A stretch of 64,000 nucleotides of DNA from a virus: IMG/VR virus record IMGVR_UViG_3300042888_001738, positions 1 through 64,000 of that record; one strand, given 5' to 3'. Under the pieces are notes generated by a model. It saw nothing but the letters and a program-made list of their open reading frames with translations. It made no database searches and had not been told where the DNA came from. Made by a program: the position numbers and the translations under genes. This document shows, piece by piece, positions 1-9,029 of this stretch; the first letter of the stretch is position 1, and each line of letters opens with the position of its first letter.

Positions 1-1
1 C

Positions 2-877
2 AATCTAAACACAATTGGTGGAGTTGACAACTTACTTACTTTTGAAAACAACCAAATTATGAATAATTTTAAGGGTAACGACATTCAAGGTAATTTTTGG
101 AGTAACCAAGTTAAAACAGATTTTAAGGGTAATGATATATTTGAGGAGTTTGGATATAACAATATAGGATTTGGGTGCGTACCTAATACTTTTAGTGGTG
201 TCACAATACATAACAATATCGGAGATTATTTTCAATTTAATACTTGTTATGGTGTATTTTCGTACAACACAATAGGAACCAATTTCGATAGTAATGTAGT
301 GCAAGACGGATTTGGTTTTGGTGGAGTATCTTATCAAGGAAATAGAATTGGAAATAATTTTAATGATAACACTATTGGAGAATACTTCTATAATAATACA
401 ATACCTGATAACTTTACCGATAATACAGTTGGAGATTATTTCCAATGGAATATTGTTGATACATATATTAATTTTGTTGATTTTACAACAAATTATGGAA
501 ATATAAGTGGTATTACTTATAGCGCAACAGGAACTACGGCAACTGATTCGTCATATGGTAATGTTGGTGGTACAACTAATGGTATAGGTGTTAACGCATC
601 ATTTCAAATTGATGTGGTTAGTGGAAGCGTTACTAATGTTTCAATTATCAGTGGAGGAACATTATACTTAACTGGTAATACAATAACAATTTTAGGTAGT
701 CAAATTGGCGGGACTAATGGTGTTGATAATGTTATTATTACAGTTTCTAACGTTAGTCAAACCCCATCTGTTTATGAGTTATACACTTGTAATATCTTCA
801 AAAACTCATCATTATCTAATAGGTTATCTTACTATGATGGAAGTGATGTATTAACAATAAAAAATATTAACGAATAA
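2..877 (+). CDS. 5'-truncated fibre/structural protein with Asn-rich beta-helix repeats
   Basis: The frame is open from the window start, upstream of the ATG at 59. It has ~9-residue repeats (NNIGDYFQF, NTIGTNFDS, NRIGNNFND, NTIGEYFYN, NTVGDYFQW) followed by a G/T-rich beta domain. Confidence 0.6.
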   Translation, partial: NLNTIGGVDNLLTFENNQIMNNFKGNDIQGNFWSNQVKTDFKGNDIFEEFGYNNIGFGCVPNTFSGVTIHNNIGDYFQFNTCYGVFSYNTIGTNFDSNVVQDGFGFGGVSYQGNRIGNNFNDNTIGEYFYNNTIPDNFTDNTVGDYFQWNIVDTYINFVDFTTNYGNISGITYSATGTTATDSSYGNVGGTTNGIGVNASFQIDVVSGSVTNVSIISGGTLYLTGNTITILGSQIGGTNGVDNVIITVSNVSQTPSVYELYTCNIFKNSSLSNRLSYYDGSDVLTIKNINE

Positions 878-879
878 TT

Positions 880-1308
880 ATGGAAACAAAATACATAGTA
901 AACAACTTATCGGGACAAACAATAACAGGATCAATATATTCTCCAAACATAACAGGAGCGATAACAAATTTACCATCACCATCTGATACTGTAAATTATG
1001 ATTGTTCTATTGGAACAACATTTGTTCATTTTGGGGTTGATGCAACATCGGATTGGATAGTTAATTTAACAAATTTTAATTTACCTGAAGGTTGTTCGAC
1101 ATCTATAAAGATAATTGCGTCAAATGCTGATATATCGGGAAATACTTGGAAAATAACAGGGTTTAAAATAGATGGAGTTCCTCAAATATGGACTAAATCA
1201 TGGACTAATGGTGCTAGAAATACATTGTATATTTATAAGTTTACAATTGTAAATACAGTATCGGGTATAGTTGCGTATGGGGAAAGAACAACAACAACAC
1301 CAGCATAA
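880..1308 (+). CDS. hypothetical virion/fibre-associated beta-rich protein
   Basis: 142 aa, T/S/N-rich and beta-like; starts 2 nt after the previous stop. Confidence 0.5.
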   Translation: METKYIVNNLSGQTITGSIYSPNITGAITNLPSPSDTVNYDCSIGTTFVHFGVDATSDWIVNLTNFNLPEGCSTSIKIIASNADISGNTWKITGFKIDGVPQIWTKSWTNGARNTLYIYKFTIVNTVSGIVAYGERTTTTPA

Positions 1309-1334
1309 ATTAAAATGACTAAAAAATAAATAAT

Positions 1335-1583
1335 ATGAGAATTTGTATTTTAACAGAAAACGATAAGGTAGAACAAGTAAGAGAAGGTTGGATAAATAAA
1401 AATGTTATGAAAATACCTTGTTCATCAACAGGTGAAGAACCTGCAACACATTGGTTTTGTACCATGGCAGGATCTGAAGAAAAAATGAACTCTATTTACG
1501 CAAAGAAAAACTTATCTATTATGGAATTAGAAATTGGTCCAAAAGAATTTCTTAATAAATGGAATCTGAAAATTATAAAATAG
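1335..1583 (+). CDS. hypothetical protein
   Basis: 82-aa ORF with an A-rich start context; overlaps the next gene. Confidence 0.5.
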   Translation: MRICILTENDKVEQVREGWINKNVMKIPCSSTGEEPATHWFCTMAGSEEKMNSIYAKKNLSIMELEIGPKEFLNKWNLKIIK

Positions 1584-2191
1584 TAAAAAATTTTATCAGT
1601 GATGATGAGGTTAAACTTATTGTTGATTGGGTTGATTCGTTAAATCCTGAAGAGGGAGATCCAAATTATCACCTGAATGAAATATCAAAAGTACTAAAAG
1701 GTAAATCTTGTATTATAGATATCTCAAACACTGAGATTACAAACTACATCACAAATTTTCAATCAGTATCTAAAGTTTCAAAACAAGAGATACCCCCAAT
1801 TATTAAAACCATTTTTGAAAGAATTTCAAAAGAAAATAATCTACCCCTTGATAATATTTTTATTCAAGCTGTTGATATGAATAAGGGTGGTAGAATACAA
1901 CCCCACTATGACGCATCATTCGATGGTTACATAAATTACAAATGTAACATTAGTGTCATTTCTGAAGACTATAAAATCTTCATAGACAAATCATCCCCAA
2001 TAATAAATCAAAAAGATCTTTACTGTTTTGAGGCATCACTATACAAACATTGGACTGAAGAGTTTAACTCACGTCGAGTTTTTTTAAGTTTTGGTTTTAT
2101 AGTTCCATATAATACACTTGGAAGATCTGAAAACGACCCAAGAGTCCGCCTAAGTAAAAGAATAACAAAATACTTCCAAAGTGGTTTGTGA
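1559..2191 (+). CDS. 2OG-Fe(II) oxygenase (prolyl-hydroxylase-like)
   Basis: N-terminal IVKNFISDDE, HxD in IQPHYDA, distal His in YKHWT and a 2OG-binding Arg in RRVFLSF. Confidence 0.75.
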   Translation: MESENYKIVKNFISDDEVKLIVDWVDSLNPEEGDPNYHLNEISKVLKGKSCIIDISNTEITNYITNFQSVSKVSKQEIPPIIKTIFERISKENNLPLDNIFIQAVDMNKGGRIQPHYDASFDGYINYKCNISVISEDYKIFIDKSSPIINQKDLYCFEASLYKHWTEEFNSRRVFLSFGFIVPYNTLGRSENDPRVRLSKRITKYFQSGL

Positions 2192-2194
2192 TTG

Positions 2195-2201
2195 TATTTA
2201 T
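2195..2201 (+). promoter_or_regulatory. TATTTAT putative late promoter
   Basis: Motif recurs just upstream of many structural genes; here it is 12 nt before the ATG at 2214. Confidence 0.55.
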
Positions 2202-2213
2202 TAAATAAATGCA

Positions 2214-2717
2214 ATGAGTCAAACTATTACTATAAATAGCGTCAATTACGATGGTGAATTAGCCAACGTTTTATTTACACCTGACAATGACCCTGTGGTC
2301 ATTAATTTAGGTGATGTGACACTTCCATTTACTTTCCAACCATCTTTATTAGTACCACCAAGAGAAGTTTATGGTACGTATACAATTTATACTTATGAGG
2401 ATAAGTGTACCAATATTTTAGTGGTACCAAGACCGACACCGACACCAACACCGACAAATACCCCTACAAGAACTCCTACACCAACACCAACACCGACACC
2501 AAGTCCATCTACAAGTAGTTTACCATGTAGTTCAAATACACCTACACCAACACCTACTAATACACCGACACCTACACCAACACCTACTAATACACCTACA
2601 CCAACACCATCTTACAACCCATGCGGGACATACCCAAACCCACCAAGTCCAACACCAACCAATTCGGTGACACCAACACCAACCATTACACCAAATTATA
2701 ATCCTTGTCTGATATAA
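2214..2717 (+). CDS. Pro/Thr-repeat (mucin-like) virion protein
   Basis: Small N-terminal beta domain, then (PT)n tracts punctuated by YNPC motifs. Confidence 0.7.
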   Translation: MSQTITINSVNYDGELANVLFTPDNDPVVINLGDVTLPFTFQPSLLVPPREVYGTYTIYTYEDKCTNILVVPRPTPTPTPTNTPTRTPTPTPTPTPSPSTSSLPCSSNTPTPTPTNTPTPTPTPTNTPTPTPSYNPCGTYPNPPSPTPTNSVTPTPTITPNYNPCLI

Positions 2718-2768
2718 TTGTGAGACATTTAATTATTAAACCCCTCCCTTATTTTTTAAGGACTTAAG

Positions 2769-2776
2769 TATTTATA
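2769..2776 (+). promoter_or_regulatory. TATTTATA putative late promoter
   Basis: 6 nt before the ATG at 2783. Confidence 0.6.
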
Positions 2777-2782
2777 ATTGAA

Positions 2783-5700
2783 ATGCCAGTATATAATAGA
2801 TTAACGGACAGACAACAGGTTTCAGCAGTAACCTTAAATGATATTTTCCACGTCGTAGTTACGGGAGATACTTCTCAGAGCCCACAAGGTTCTTCTTATT
2901 TCGCACCTTTAAGTGATTTACAAGCAATTTTAAGTGGTGCTAGTGGTACAAGTGGTACCTCAGGTACCTCAGGTGCGTCAGGATCAAGTGGTACATCAGG
3001 AACAAGCGGTGTTGCGGGTTCTAGTGGAACTTCCGGTACGAGTGGTGGTTCGGGAACGTCAGGAACTTCCGGAACTAATGGGACATCTGGATCAAGTGGT
3101 AGTTCAGGAACTAGTGGAAGTTCGGGTTCTAGCGGTACATCAGGAGCTAGTGGATCTTCAGGAACTAGCGGAATAGACGGTACAAGTGGTACTTCAGGAA
3201 CATCAGGTGTAGATGGAACATCAGGTACAGACGGAACTAGCGGAACAGATGGGACTTCAGGAACTAGTGGAACTGATGGATCTTCAGGAACTAGCGGAAC
3301 TGATGGATCTTCAGGAACTAGTGGAACTGATGGATCTTCAGGAACTAGCGGATCTTCAGGAACTAGCGGAATAGATGGAACATCAGGTACAGACGGAACT
3401 AGCGGAACCGATGGTACTTCAGGTACGGATGGTACTTCAGGAACAAGCGGAACAGACGGTACTTCAGGAACTAGCGGAACAGACGGTACTTCAGGTTCAA
3501 GTGGTTCTTCAGGAACAAGTGGATCGTCAGGAACAAGCGGAACAGATGGTACAAGTGGTACTTCAGGAACAGATGGGACTTCAGGTACGGATGGTACTTC
3601 AGGAACAAGCGGAACAGATGGTACTTCAGGCTCAAGTGGATCTTCAGGAACAAGCGGAACAGATGGTACAAGTGGGACTTCAGGTACAGATGGTACTTCA
3701 GGTACTAGCGGTTCAGATGGTACTTCAGGATCATCAGGATCGAGCGGTACATCAGGAACTAGTGGTAGCGATGGTACAAGCGGTTCATCAGGAACTAGCG
3801 GTATTGACGGCACATCAGGTTCAAGTGGCTCTTCAGGGACTAGCGGTAGTGATGGTACAAGTGGTTCGTCAGGAACTAGTGGAACAGACGGAACCAGCGG
3901 ATCTTCAGGTTCATCAGGTTCATCAGGTTCATCAGGTTCATCAGGGACTAGCGGTAGTTCAGGTACAAGCGGAATAGATGGTACAAGTGGTTCATCAGGG
4001 ACTAGCGGAAGTGATGGTACTAGCGGTTCATCAGGGACTAGCGGTTCATCAGGGACTAGCGGTAGTGATGGTACATCAGGATCAAGTGGAAGTTCGGGAT
4101 CATCAGGAAGTTCAGGAACTAGCGGTTCAGATGGTACTTCAGGAAGTTCAGGATCAAGCGGTACTAGCGGTACTAGTGGAATTTCAGGTGTAGATGGAAC
4201 GAGTGGAACTTCCGGAACTGGAGGTACCAGCGGAACGTCAGGTTCTAGCGGTTCTTCAGGAACTAGCGGTAGCGATGGTACATCAGGAAGTTCAGGAACA
4301 TCCGGATCAAGTGGAAGTTCGGGAACTAGCGGAAGCGACGGTACATCTGGATCAAGCGGTTCTTCAGGAACTAGCGGTAGCGACGGCACATCAGGAAGTT
4401 CGGGAACATCTGGATCAAGTGGAAGTTCAGGAACTAGTGGTAGCGACGGCACATCTGGATCAAGCGGTTCTTCAGGAACTAGCGGTAGTGACGGTACATC
4501 TGGATCAAGCGGTTCTTCAGGAACTAGCGGTAGTGACGGTACATCTGGATCAAGCGGTTCTTCAGGAACTAGCGGTAGCGACGGCACATCTGGATCAAGC
4601 GGTTCTTCAGGAACTAGCGGAAGCGACGGTACATCAGGAAGCTCAGGAACATCTGGATCAAGCGGTTCTTCAGGAACTAGCGGATCATCAGGTTCAAGTG
4701 GTACAAGCGGTACATCAGGAACTAGCGGTAGCGATGGTACTAGTGGTTCATCAGGAACAAGTGGAAGTTCGGGTACTTCAGGTTCAAGTGGAAGTAGTGG
4801 TACATCAGGTTCATCAGGAACTAGCGGAAGCGACGGTACATCAGGAAGCTCAGGAACAAGTGGTTCTTCTGGTTCATCAGGAAGTTCAGGAACATCTGGA
4901 TCAAGTGGTACTAGCGGTTCTTCAGGAACTAGCGGAAGTGATGGTACATCAGGAAGTTCAGGATCAAGCGGTACTAGCGGAAGCGATGGTACTAGCGGTT
5001 CATCAGGAACTAGCGGAAGTGATGGTACTAGTGGTTCATCAGGAACAAGTGGGAGTAGTGGATCTTCAGGAACTTCGGGCTCAGATGGAACATCAGGTTC
5101 AAGCGGTTCTTCAGGAACTAGCGGTTCAGACGGAACATCAGGTTCATCAGGAACAAGTGGTACTAGCGGTAGTGATGGAACTTCAGGTTCTTCAGGAACT
5201 AGCGGATCATCAGGTTCAAGTGGTACATCGGGAAGTAGTGGAACTAGCGGAAGCGATGGTACTTCAGGTTCATCAGGAACTAGCGGAAGCGACGGTACAT
5301 CTGGAAGTTCAGGAAGCTCAGGAACAAGTGGTTCTTCTGGTTCATCAGGAACTAGCGGTAGCGATGGTACATCAGGATCAAGCGGTTCGTCAGGAACAAG
5401 CGGTAGTGATGGTACATCTGGATCAAGCGGTTCTTCAGGAACTAGCGGTAGCGACGGCACATCAGGATCAAGCGGTTCTTCAGGAACTAGCGGTAGTGAC
5501 GGTACATCAGGATCAAGCGGTTCGTCAGGAACAAGCGGTAGTGATGGTACATCAGGAACATCTGGATCAAGTGGCACTAGCGGTTCATCAGGTTCTTCAG
5601 GAACTAGCGGAAGCGACGGTACATCAGGAAGCTCAGGAACATCTGGATCAAGCGGTACTAGCGGAAGCGACGGTACTTCAGGAAGTTCAGGAACTAGCGG

Positions 5701-8700
5701 TAGTGATGGTACATCCGGATCAAGTGGTTCTTCAGGAACATCAGGATCTAGCGGAACTAGCGGTTCTTCAGGAACTAGCGGAAGTGATGGTACATCCGGA
5801 TCAAGTGGAACTAGCGGAAGTTCAGGTTCAAGTGGTACATCCGGATCTAGCGGAAGTTCAGGTTCAAGTGGTACATCCGGATCTAGCGGAAGTTCAGGTT
5901 CAAGTGGTACATCCGGATCTAGCGGAACTTCAGGATCGAGTGGTACTAGTGGTACTAGTGGTATTTCCGGTGTAGATGGAACGAGTGGAACTTCAGGAAC
6001 TAGCGGAAGCGATGGTACATCAGGTTCATCAGGAACTAGCGGTTCTTCAGGAACTAGCGGAAGTGATGGCACATCAGGGTCTTCAGGAACATCTGGATCA
6101 AGTGGGAGTTCGGGAACTAGCGGAAGCGACGGTACATCTGGTTCAAGTGGTAGCTCAGGTACATCAGGTAGTAGTGGAACTAGTGGATCTTCAGGTTCGT
6201 CAGGTACAAGCGGAAGCGATGGTACATCTGGTTCATCTGGATCAAGCGGAACTTCAGGTTCTAGTGGAACATCTGGATCAAGCGGTACTAGCGGTTCATC
6301 AGGTTCTTCAGGAACTAGCGGTAGCGATGGTACATCTGGATCAAGCGGTACTAGCGGTTCATCAGGTTCTTCAGGAACTAGCGGTAGCGATGGTACATCT
6401 GGATCAAGTGGAAGTTCAGGAACAAGCGGAAGCGACGGTACATCTGGATCAAGCGGTTCATCAGGAACATCAGGGTCTAGCGGTACTAGCGGAACAAGCG
6501 GTTCATCAGGGTCAAGTGGAACTTCAGGATCTTCAGGTTCAAGTGGAACAAGTGGAAGCGACGGTACATCAGGAAGCTCAGGAACAAGTGGAAGTAGTGG
6601 TACATCAGGATCTTCAGGAACATCTGGATCAAGTGGAAGTTCGGGAACTAGCGGAAGCGACGGCACATCTGGATCAAGTGGTTCATCAGGAACTAGCGGA
6701 AGCGACGGTACATCAGGAAGTTCAGGAACATCTGGATCAAGTGGTACTAGCGGTTCTTCAGGAACTAGCGGAAGCTCAGGTACATCAGGTAGTAGTGGAA
6801 CAAGTGGAAGCGACGGTACAAGTGGTAGTTCAGGTACTAGCGGATCTTCAGGTACTAGCGGATCTTCAGGTTCATCAGGTTCGTCAGGTACAAGCGGAAG
6901 CGATGGTACTTCAGGTTCAAGCGGTAGCTCAGGAACATCTGGTTCATCAGGAACGTCAGGAAGTAGTGGAACAAGTGGAAGTTCGGGATCAAGTGGTTCT
7001 TCAGGGACTAGCGGTAGTGATGGTACATCTGGATCTAGCGGATCTTCGGGCACTTCTGGATCATCAGGAAGCTCAGGTACATCAGGAACAAGTGGGTCAT
7101 CTGGAACATCAGGATCAAGCGGAAGCTCAGGTACTAGTGGTTCGTCGGGAACTAGCGGTAGTAGCGGTTCAAGTGGTACTTCAGGATCTAGCGGTACTTC
7201 AGGATCTAGCGGTTCGTCAGGAACAAGCGGTAGTAGTGGAACATCAGGTTCTAGTGGAACAAGTGGAAGTTCAGGATCATCTGGATCAAGTGGTAGTAGT
7301 GGAACATCAGGTTCTAGTGGAACAAGTGGTTCTTCAGGGACTAGCGGTAGTGATGGTACATCTGGATCTAGCGGATCTTCGGGCACTTCTGGATCATCAG
7401 GATCAAGTGGTTCCTCAGGTACTTCAGGAAGTAGTGGAAGCTCAGGGACATCGGGATCATCAGGTTCTTCAGGAACGTCAGGTTCAAGCGGGACTAGTGG
7501 ATCATCAGGAACAAGTGGAAGTTCGGGTACATCTGGATCTTCAGGATCAAGTGGGACAAGCGGTTCTTCAGGATCTAGTGGAACTTCAGGTAGTAGCGGA
7601 ACAAGCGGGTCTTCAGGAACATCTGGTTCAAGTGGATCGTCAGGAAGCTCAGGTACTAGCGGATCATCAGGTACGAGCGGTTCATCAGGAACAAGTGGTT
7701 CTAGCGGAAGTTCAGGAAGCTCAGGTTCAAGTGGAACATCTGGTTCGTCAGGAACTAGTGGAAGTTCAGGAACAAGCGGAAGCGACGGTACATCTGGATC
7801 AAGCGGTTCATCAGGAACATCAGGGTCTAGCGGAACAAGTGGATCGTCAGGTTCAAGCGGCACATCAGGTAGTAGTGGTACATCTGGATCTAGCGGATCT
7901 TCAGGTAGTTCAGGATCTTCAGGCACTTCTGGATCATCAGGATCAAGTGGAACATCAGGTAGCTCAGGTTCATCAGGGACTAGTGGGTCTTCAGGAACAT
8001 CTGGGTCAAGCGGTACTTCAGGTAGTTCGGGAACAAGTGGATCTTCAGGAACATCAGGTAGTTCAGGTTCAAGTGGTACATCAGGAAGCTCAGGTACATC
8101 TGGATCTTCAGGTAGTTCAGGAACTAGTGGATCTTCAGGTAGTAGTGGTACATCAGGTTCTTCAGGAACTAGCGGAAGCTCGGGAACATCTGGATCTTCA
8201 GGTAGTAGTGGTACATCAGGTTCTTCAGGATCTAGTGGAACAAGTGGTTCATCGGGAACATCAGGATCTTCAGGTTCAAGTGGAACAAGCGGTTCTAGTG
8301 GAAGTAGTGGTACATCCGGGTCATCAGGTACTAGCGGATCATCAGGAAGTAGTGGTACTAGCGGGTCTTCAGGAACTAGCGGAAGCTCAGGTTCAAGTGG
8401 AACGAGTGGAAGCTCGGGATCAAGCGGTACATCTGGATCAAGTGGTACTTCAGGAACAGGGTTCTCAGCGGTAACTGATCCTGGACTTACAAGAATCTTA
8501 ACATCAGATGGAACACCAAATGGAGCAATTGCTCAATCAGGTTTCACGTTTGATGGTACATACTTGAGTCTAATCGGTACACAGAGAATACAAAGTGATG
8601 TAAATACAGGAGTAAGTTCTAGTACATCTCTTTATCAAATACCAACATTAAGTGGATGTGGGGCATTCTTTGACTATTGTATTACAGAATCAGGTGGGGC

Positions 8701-8896
8701 TAAGAGATTAGGTACAGTAATGACAACGTGGGACGGTTCAAATGCAACATGGACTGATACCTCAACACCGGACCTAAATAGTTCAACATTAGGAATAGGA
8801 TTTAGTGTAACCGTATCAGGAGGAAACGTAAACTTTAACTCTGTAGTTACAAGTGGAACATGGACAGTTAGATTAGCAGTAAGAGTAATTTATTAA
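2783..8896 (+). CDS. giant Ser/Gly/Thr collagen-like fibre protein 1 (2037 aa)
   Basis: 50-aa N-terminus, ~1842 aa with Gly at every third position (SGT/SGS/DGT), and a ~140-aa C-terminal beta-sandwich-like domain. Confidence 0.8.
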   Translation: MPVYNRLTDRQQVSAVTLNDIFHVVVTGDTSQSPQGSSYFAPLSDLQAILSGASGTSGTSGTSGASGSSGTSGTSGVAGSSGTSGTSGGSGTSGTSGTNGTSGSSGSSGTSGSSGSSGTSGASGSSGTSGIDGTSGTSGTSGVDGTSGTDGTSGTDGTSGTSGTDGSSGTSGTDGSSGTSGTDGSSGTSGSSGTSGIDGTSGTDGTSGTDGTSGTDGTSGTSGTDGTSGTSGTDGTSGSSGSSGTSGSSGTSGTDGTSGTSGTDGTSGTDGTSGTSGTDGTSGSSGSSGTSGTDGTSGTSGTDGTSGTSGSDGTSGSSGSSGTSGTSGSDGTSGSSGTSGIDGTSGSSGSSGTSGSDGTSGSSGTSGTDGTSGSSGSSGSSGSSGSSGTSGSSGTSGIDGTSGSSGTSGSDGTSGSSGTSGSSGTSGSDGTSGSSGSSGSSGSSGTSGSDGTSGSSGSSGTSGTSGISGVDGTSGTSGTGGTSGTSGSSGSSGTSGSDGTSGSSGTSGSSGSSGTSGSDGTSGSSGSSGTSGSDGTSGSSGTSGSSGSSGTSGSDGTSGSSGSSGTSGSDGTSGSSGSSGTSGSDGTSGSSGSSGTSGSDGTSGSSGSSGTSGSDGTSGSSGTSGSSGSSGTSGSSGSSGTSGTSGTSGSDGTSGSSGTSGSSGTSGSSGSSGTSGSSGTSGSDGTSGSSGTSGSSGSSGSSGTSGSSGTSGSSGTSGSDGTSGSSGSSGTSGSDGTSGSSGTSGSDGTSGSSGTSGSSGSSGTSGSDGTSGSSGSSGTSGSDGTSGSSGTSGTSGSDGTSGSSGTSGSSGSSGTSGSSGTSGSDGTSGSSGTSGSDGTSGSSGSSGTSGSSGSSGTSGSDGTSGSSGSSGTSGSDGTSGSSGSSGTSGSDGTSGSSGSSGTSGSDGTSGSSGSSGTSGSDGTSGTSGSSGTSGSSGSSGTSGSDGTSGSSGTSGSSGTSGSDGTSGSSGTSGSDGTSGSSGSSGTSGSSGTSGSSGTSGSDGTSGSSGTSGSSGSSGTSGSSGSSGSSGTSGSSGSSGSSGTSGSSGTSGSSGTSGTSGISGVDGTSGTSGTSGSDGTSGSSGTSGSSGTSGSDGTSGSSGTSGSSGSSGTSGSDGTSGSSGSSGTSGSSGTSGSSGSSGTSGSDGTSGSSGSSGTSGSSGTSGSSGTSGSSGSSGTSGSDGTSGSSGTSGSSGSSGTSGSDGTSGSSGSSGTSGSDGTSGSSGSSGTSGSSGTSGTSGSSGSSGTSGSSGSSGTSGSDGTSGSSGTSGSSGTSGSSGTSGSSGSSGTSGSDGTSGSSGSSGTSGSDGTSGSSGTSGSSGTSGSSGTSGSSGTSGSSGTSGSDGTSGSSGTSGSSGTSGSSGSSGSSGTSGSDGTSGSSGSSGTSGSSGTSGSSGTSGSSGSSGSSGTSGSDGTSGSSGSSGTSGSSGSSGTSGTSGSSGTSGSSGSSGTSGSSGTSGSSGSSGTSGSSGTSGSSGSSGTSGSSGTSGSSGTSGSSGSSGSSGSSGTSGSSGTSGSSGTSGSDGTSGSSGSSGTSGSSGSSGSSGTSGSSGSSGTSGSSGSSGTSGSSGTSGSSGTSGSSGTSGSSGSSGTSGSSGSSGTSGSSGTSGSSGTSGSSGSSGSSGTSGSSGTSGSSGTSGSSGSSGSSGSSGTSGSSGTSGSSGTSGSDGTSGSSGSSGTSGSSGTSGSSGSSGTSGSSGTSGSSGSSGSSGSSGTSGSSGSSGTSGSSGSSGTSGSSGTSGSSGTSGSSGTSGSSGTSGSSGSSGTSGSSGTSGSSGSSGTSGSSGSSGTSGSSGTSGSSGTSGSSGSSGTSGSSGSSGTSGSSGTSGSSGSSGTSGSSGSSGTSGSSGTSGSSGSSGTSGSSGTSGSSGSSGTSGSSGSSGTSGSSGTSGTGFSAVTDPGLTRILTSDGTPNGAIAQSGFTFDGTYLSLIGTQRIQSDVNTGVSSSTSLYQIPTLSGCGAFFDYCITESGGAKRLGTVMTTWDGSNATWTDTSTPDLNSSTLGIGFSVTVSGGNVNFNSVVTSGTWTVRLAVRVIY
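2933..8458 (+). repeat. 9-nt-period Gly-X-Y coding repeat (~614 triplets)
   Basis: 5526 nt = 614 x 9, with synonymously shuffled tca/agt/agc/tct-ggt/gga-aca/act units. Confidence 0.9.
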
Positions 8897-8914
8897 AAAA
8901 AATGATATAAAAAC

Positions 8915-8945
8915 AACACCATCCAAAAAAGGGTGGTGTTTTTTT
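8915..8945 (+). terminator. intrinsic terminator
   Basis: AACACCATCC-aaaaaa-GGGTGGTGTT stem followed by a T tract, after the stop at 8896. Confidence 0.8.
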
Positions 8946-8976
8946 GTGCTTTATTACCTAAAAGAAATGATTAAAG

Positions 8977-8984
8977 TATTTATA
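8977..8984 (+). promoter_or_regulatory. TATTTATA putative late promoter
   Basis: Lies between the terminator and the ATG at 9030. Confidence 0.6.
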
Positions 8985-9029
8985 AAATAATAATAAATTT
9001 CTTTTGGAAAGTGAAAAAAGAAAAACTAC

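Noticed and set aside
2896-7926. 1676-aa antisense ORF (PLVPEDP...)
   Set aside because: It is a shadow of the 9-nt Ser-Gly-Thr repeat, whose restricted codons give no stops in this frame; it has no unique domains or expression signals.
3375-8474. Alternative + frame ORFs (QELAVVMVHQ...)
   Set aside because: These are off-frame translations of the repeat; the SGT frame is the one joined to the unique N- and C-terminal domains.
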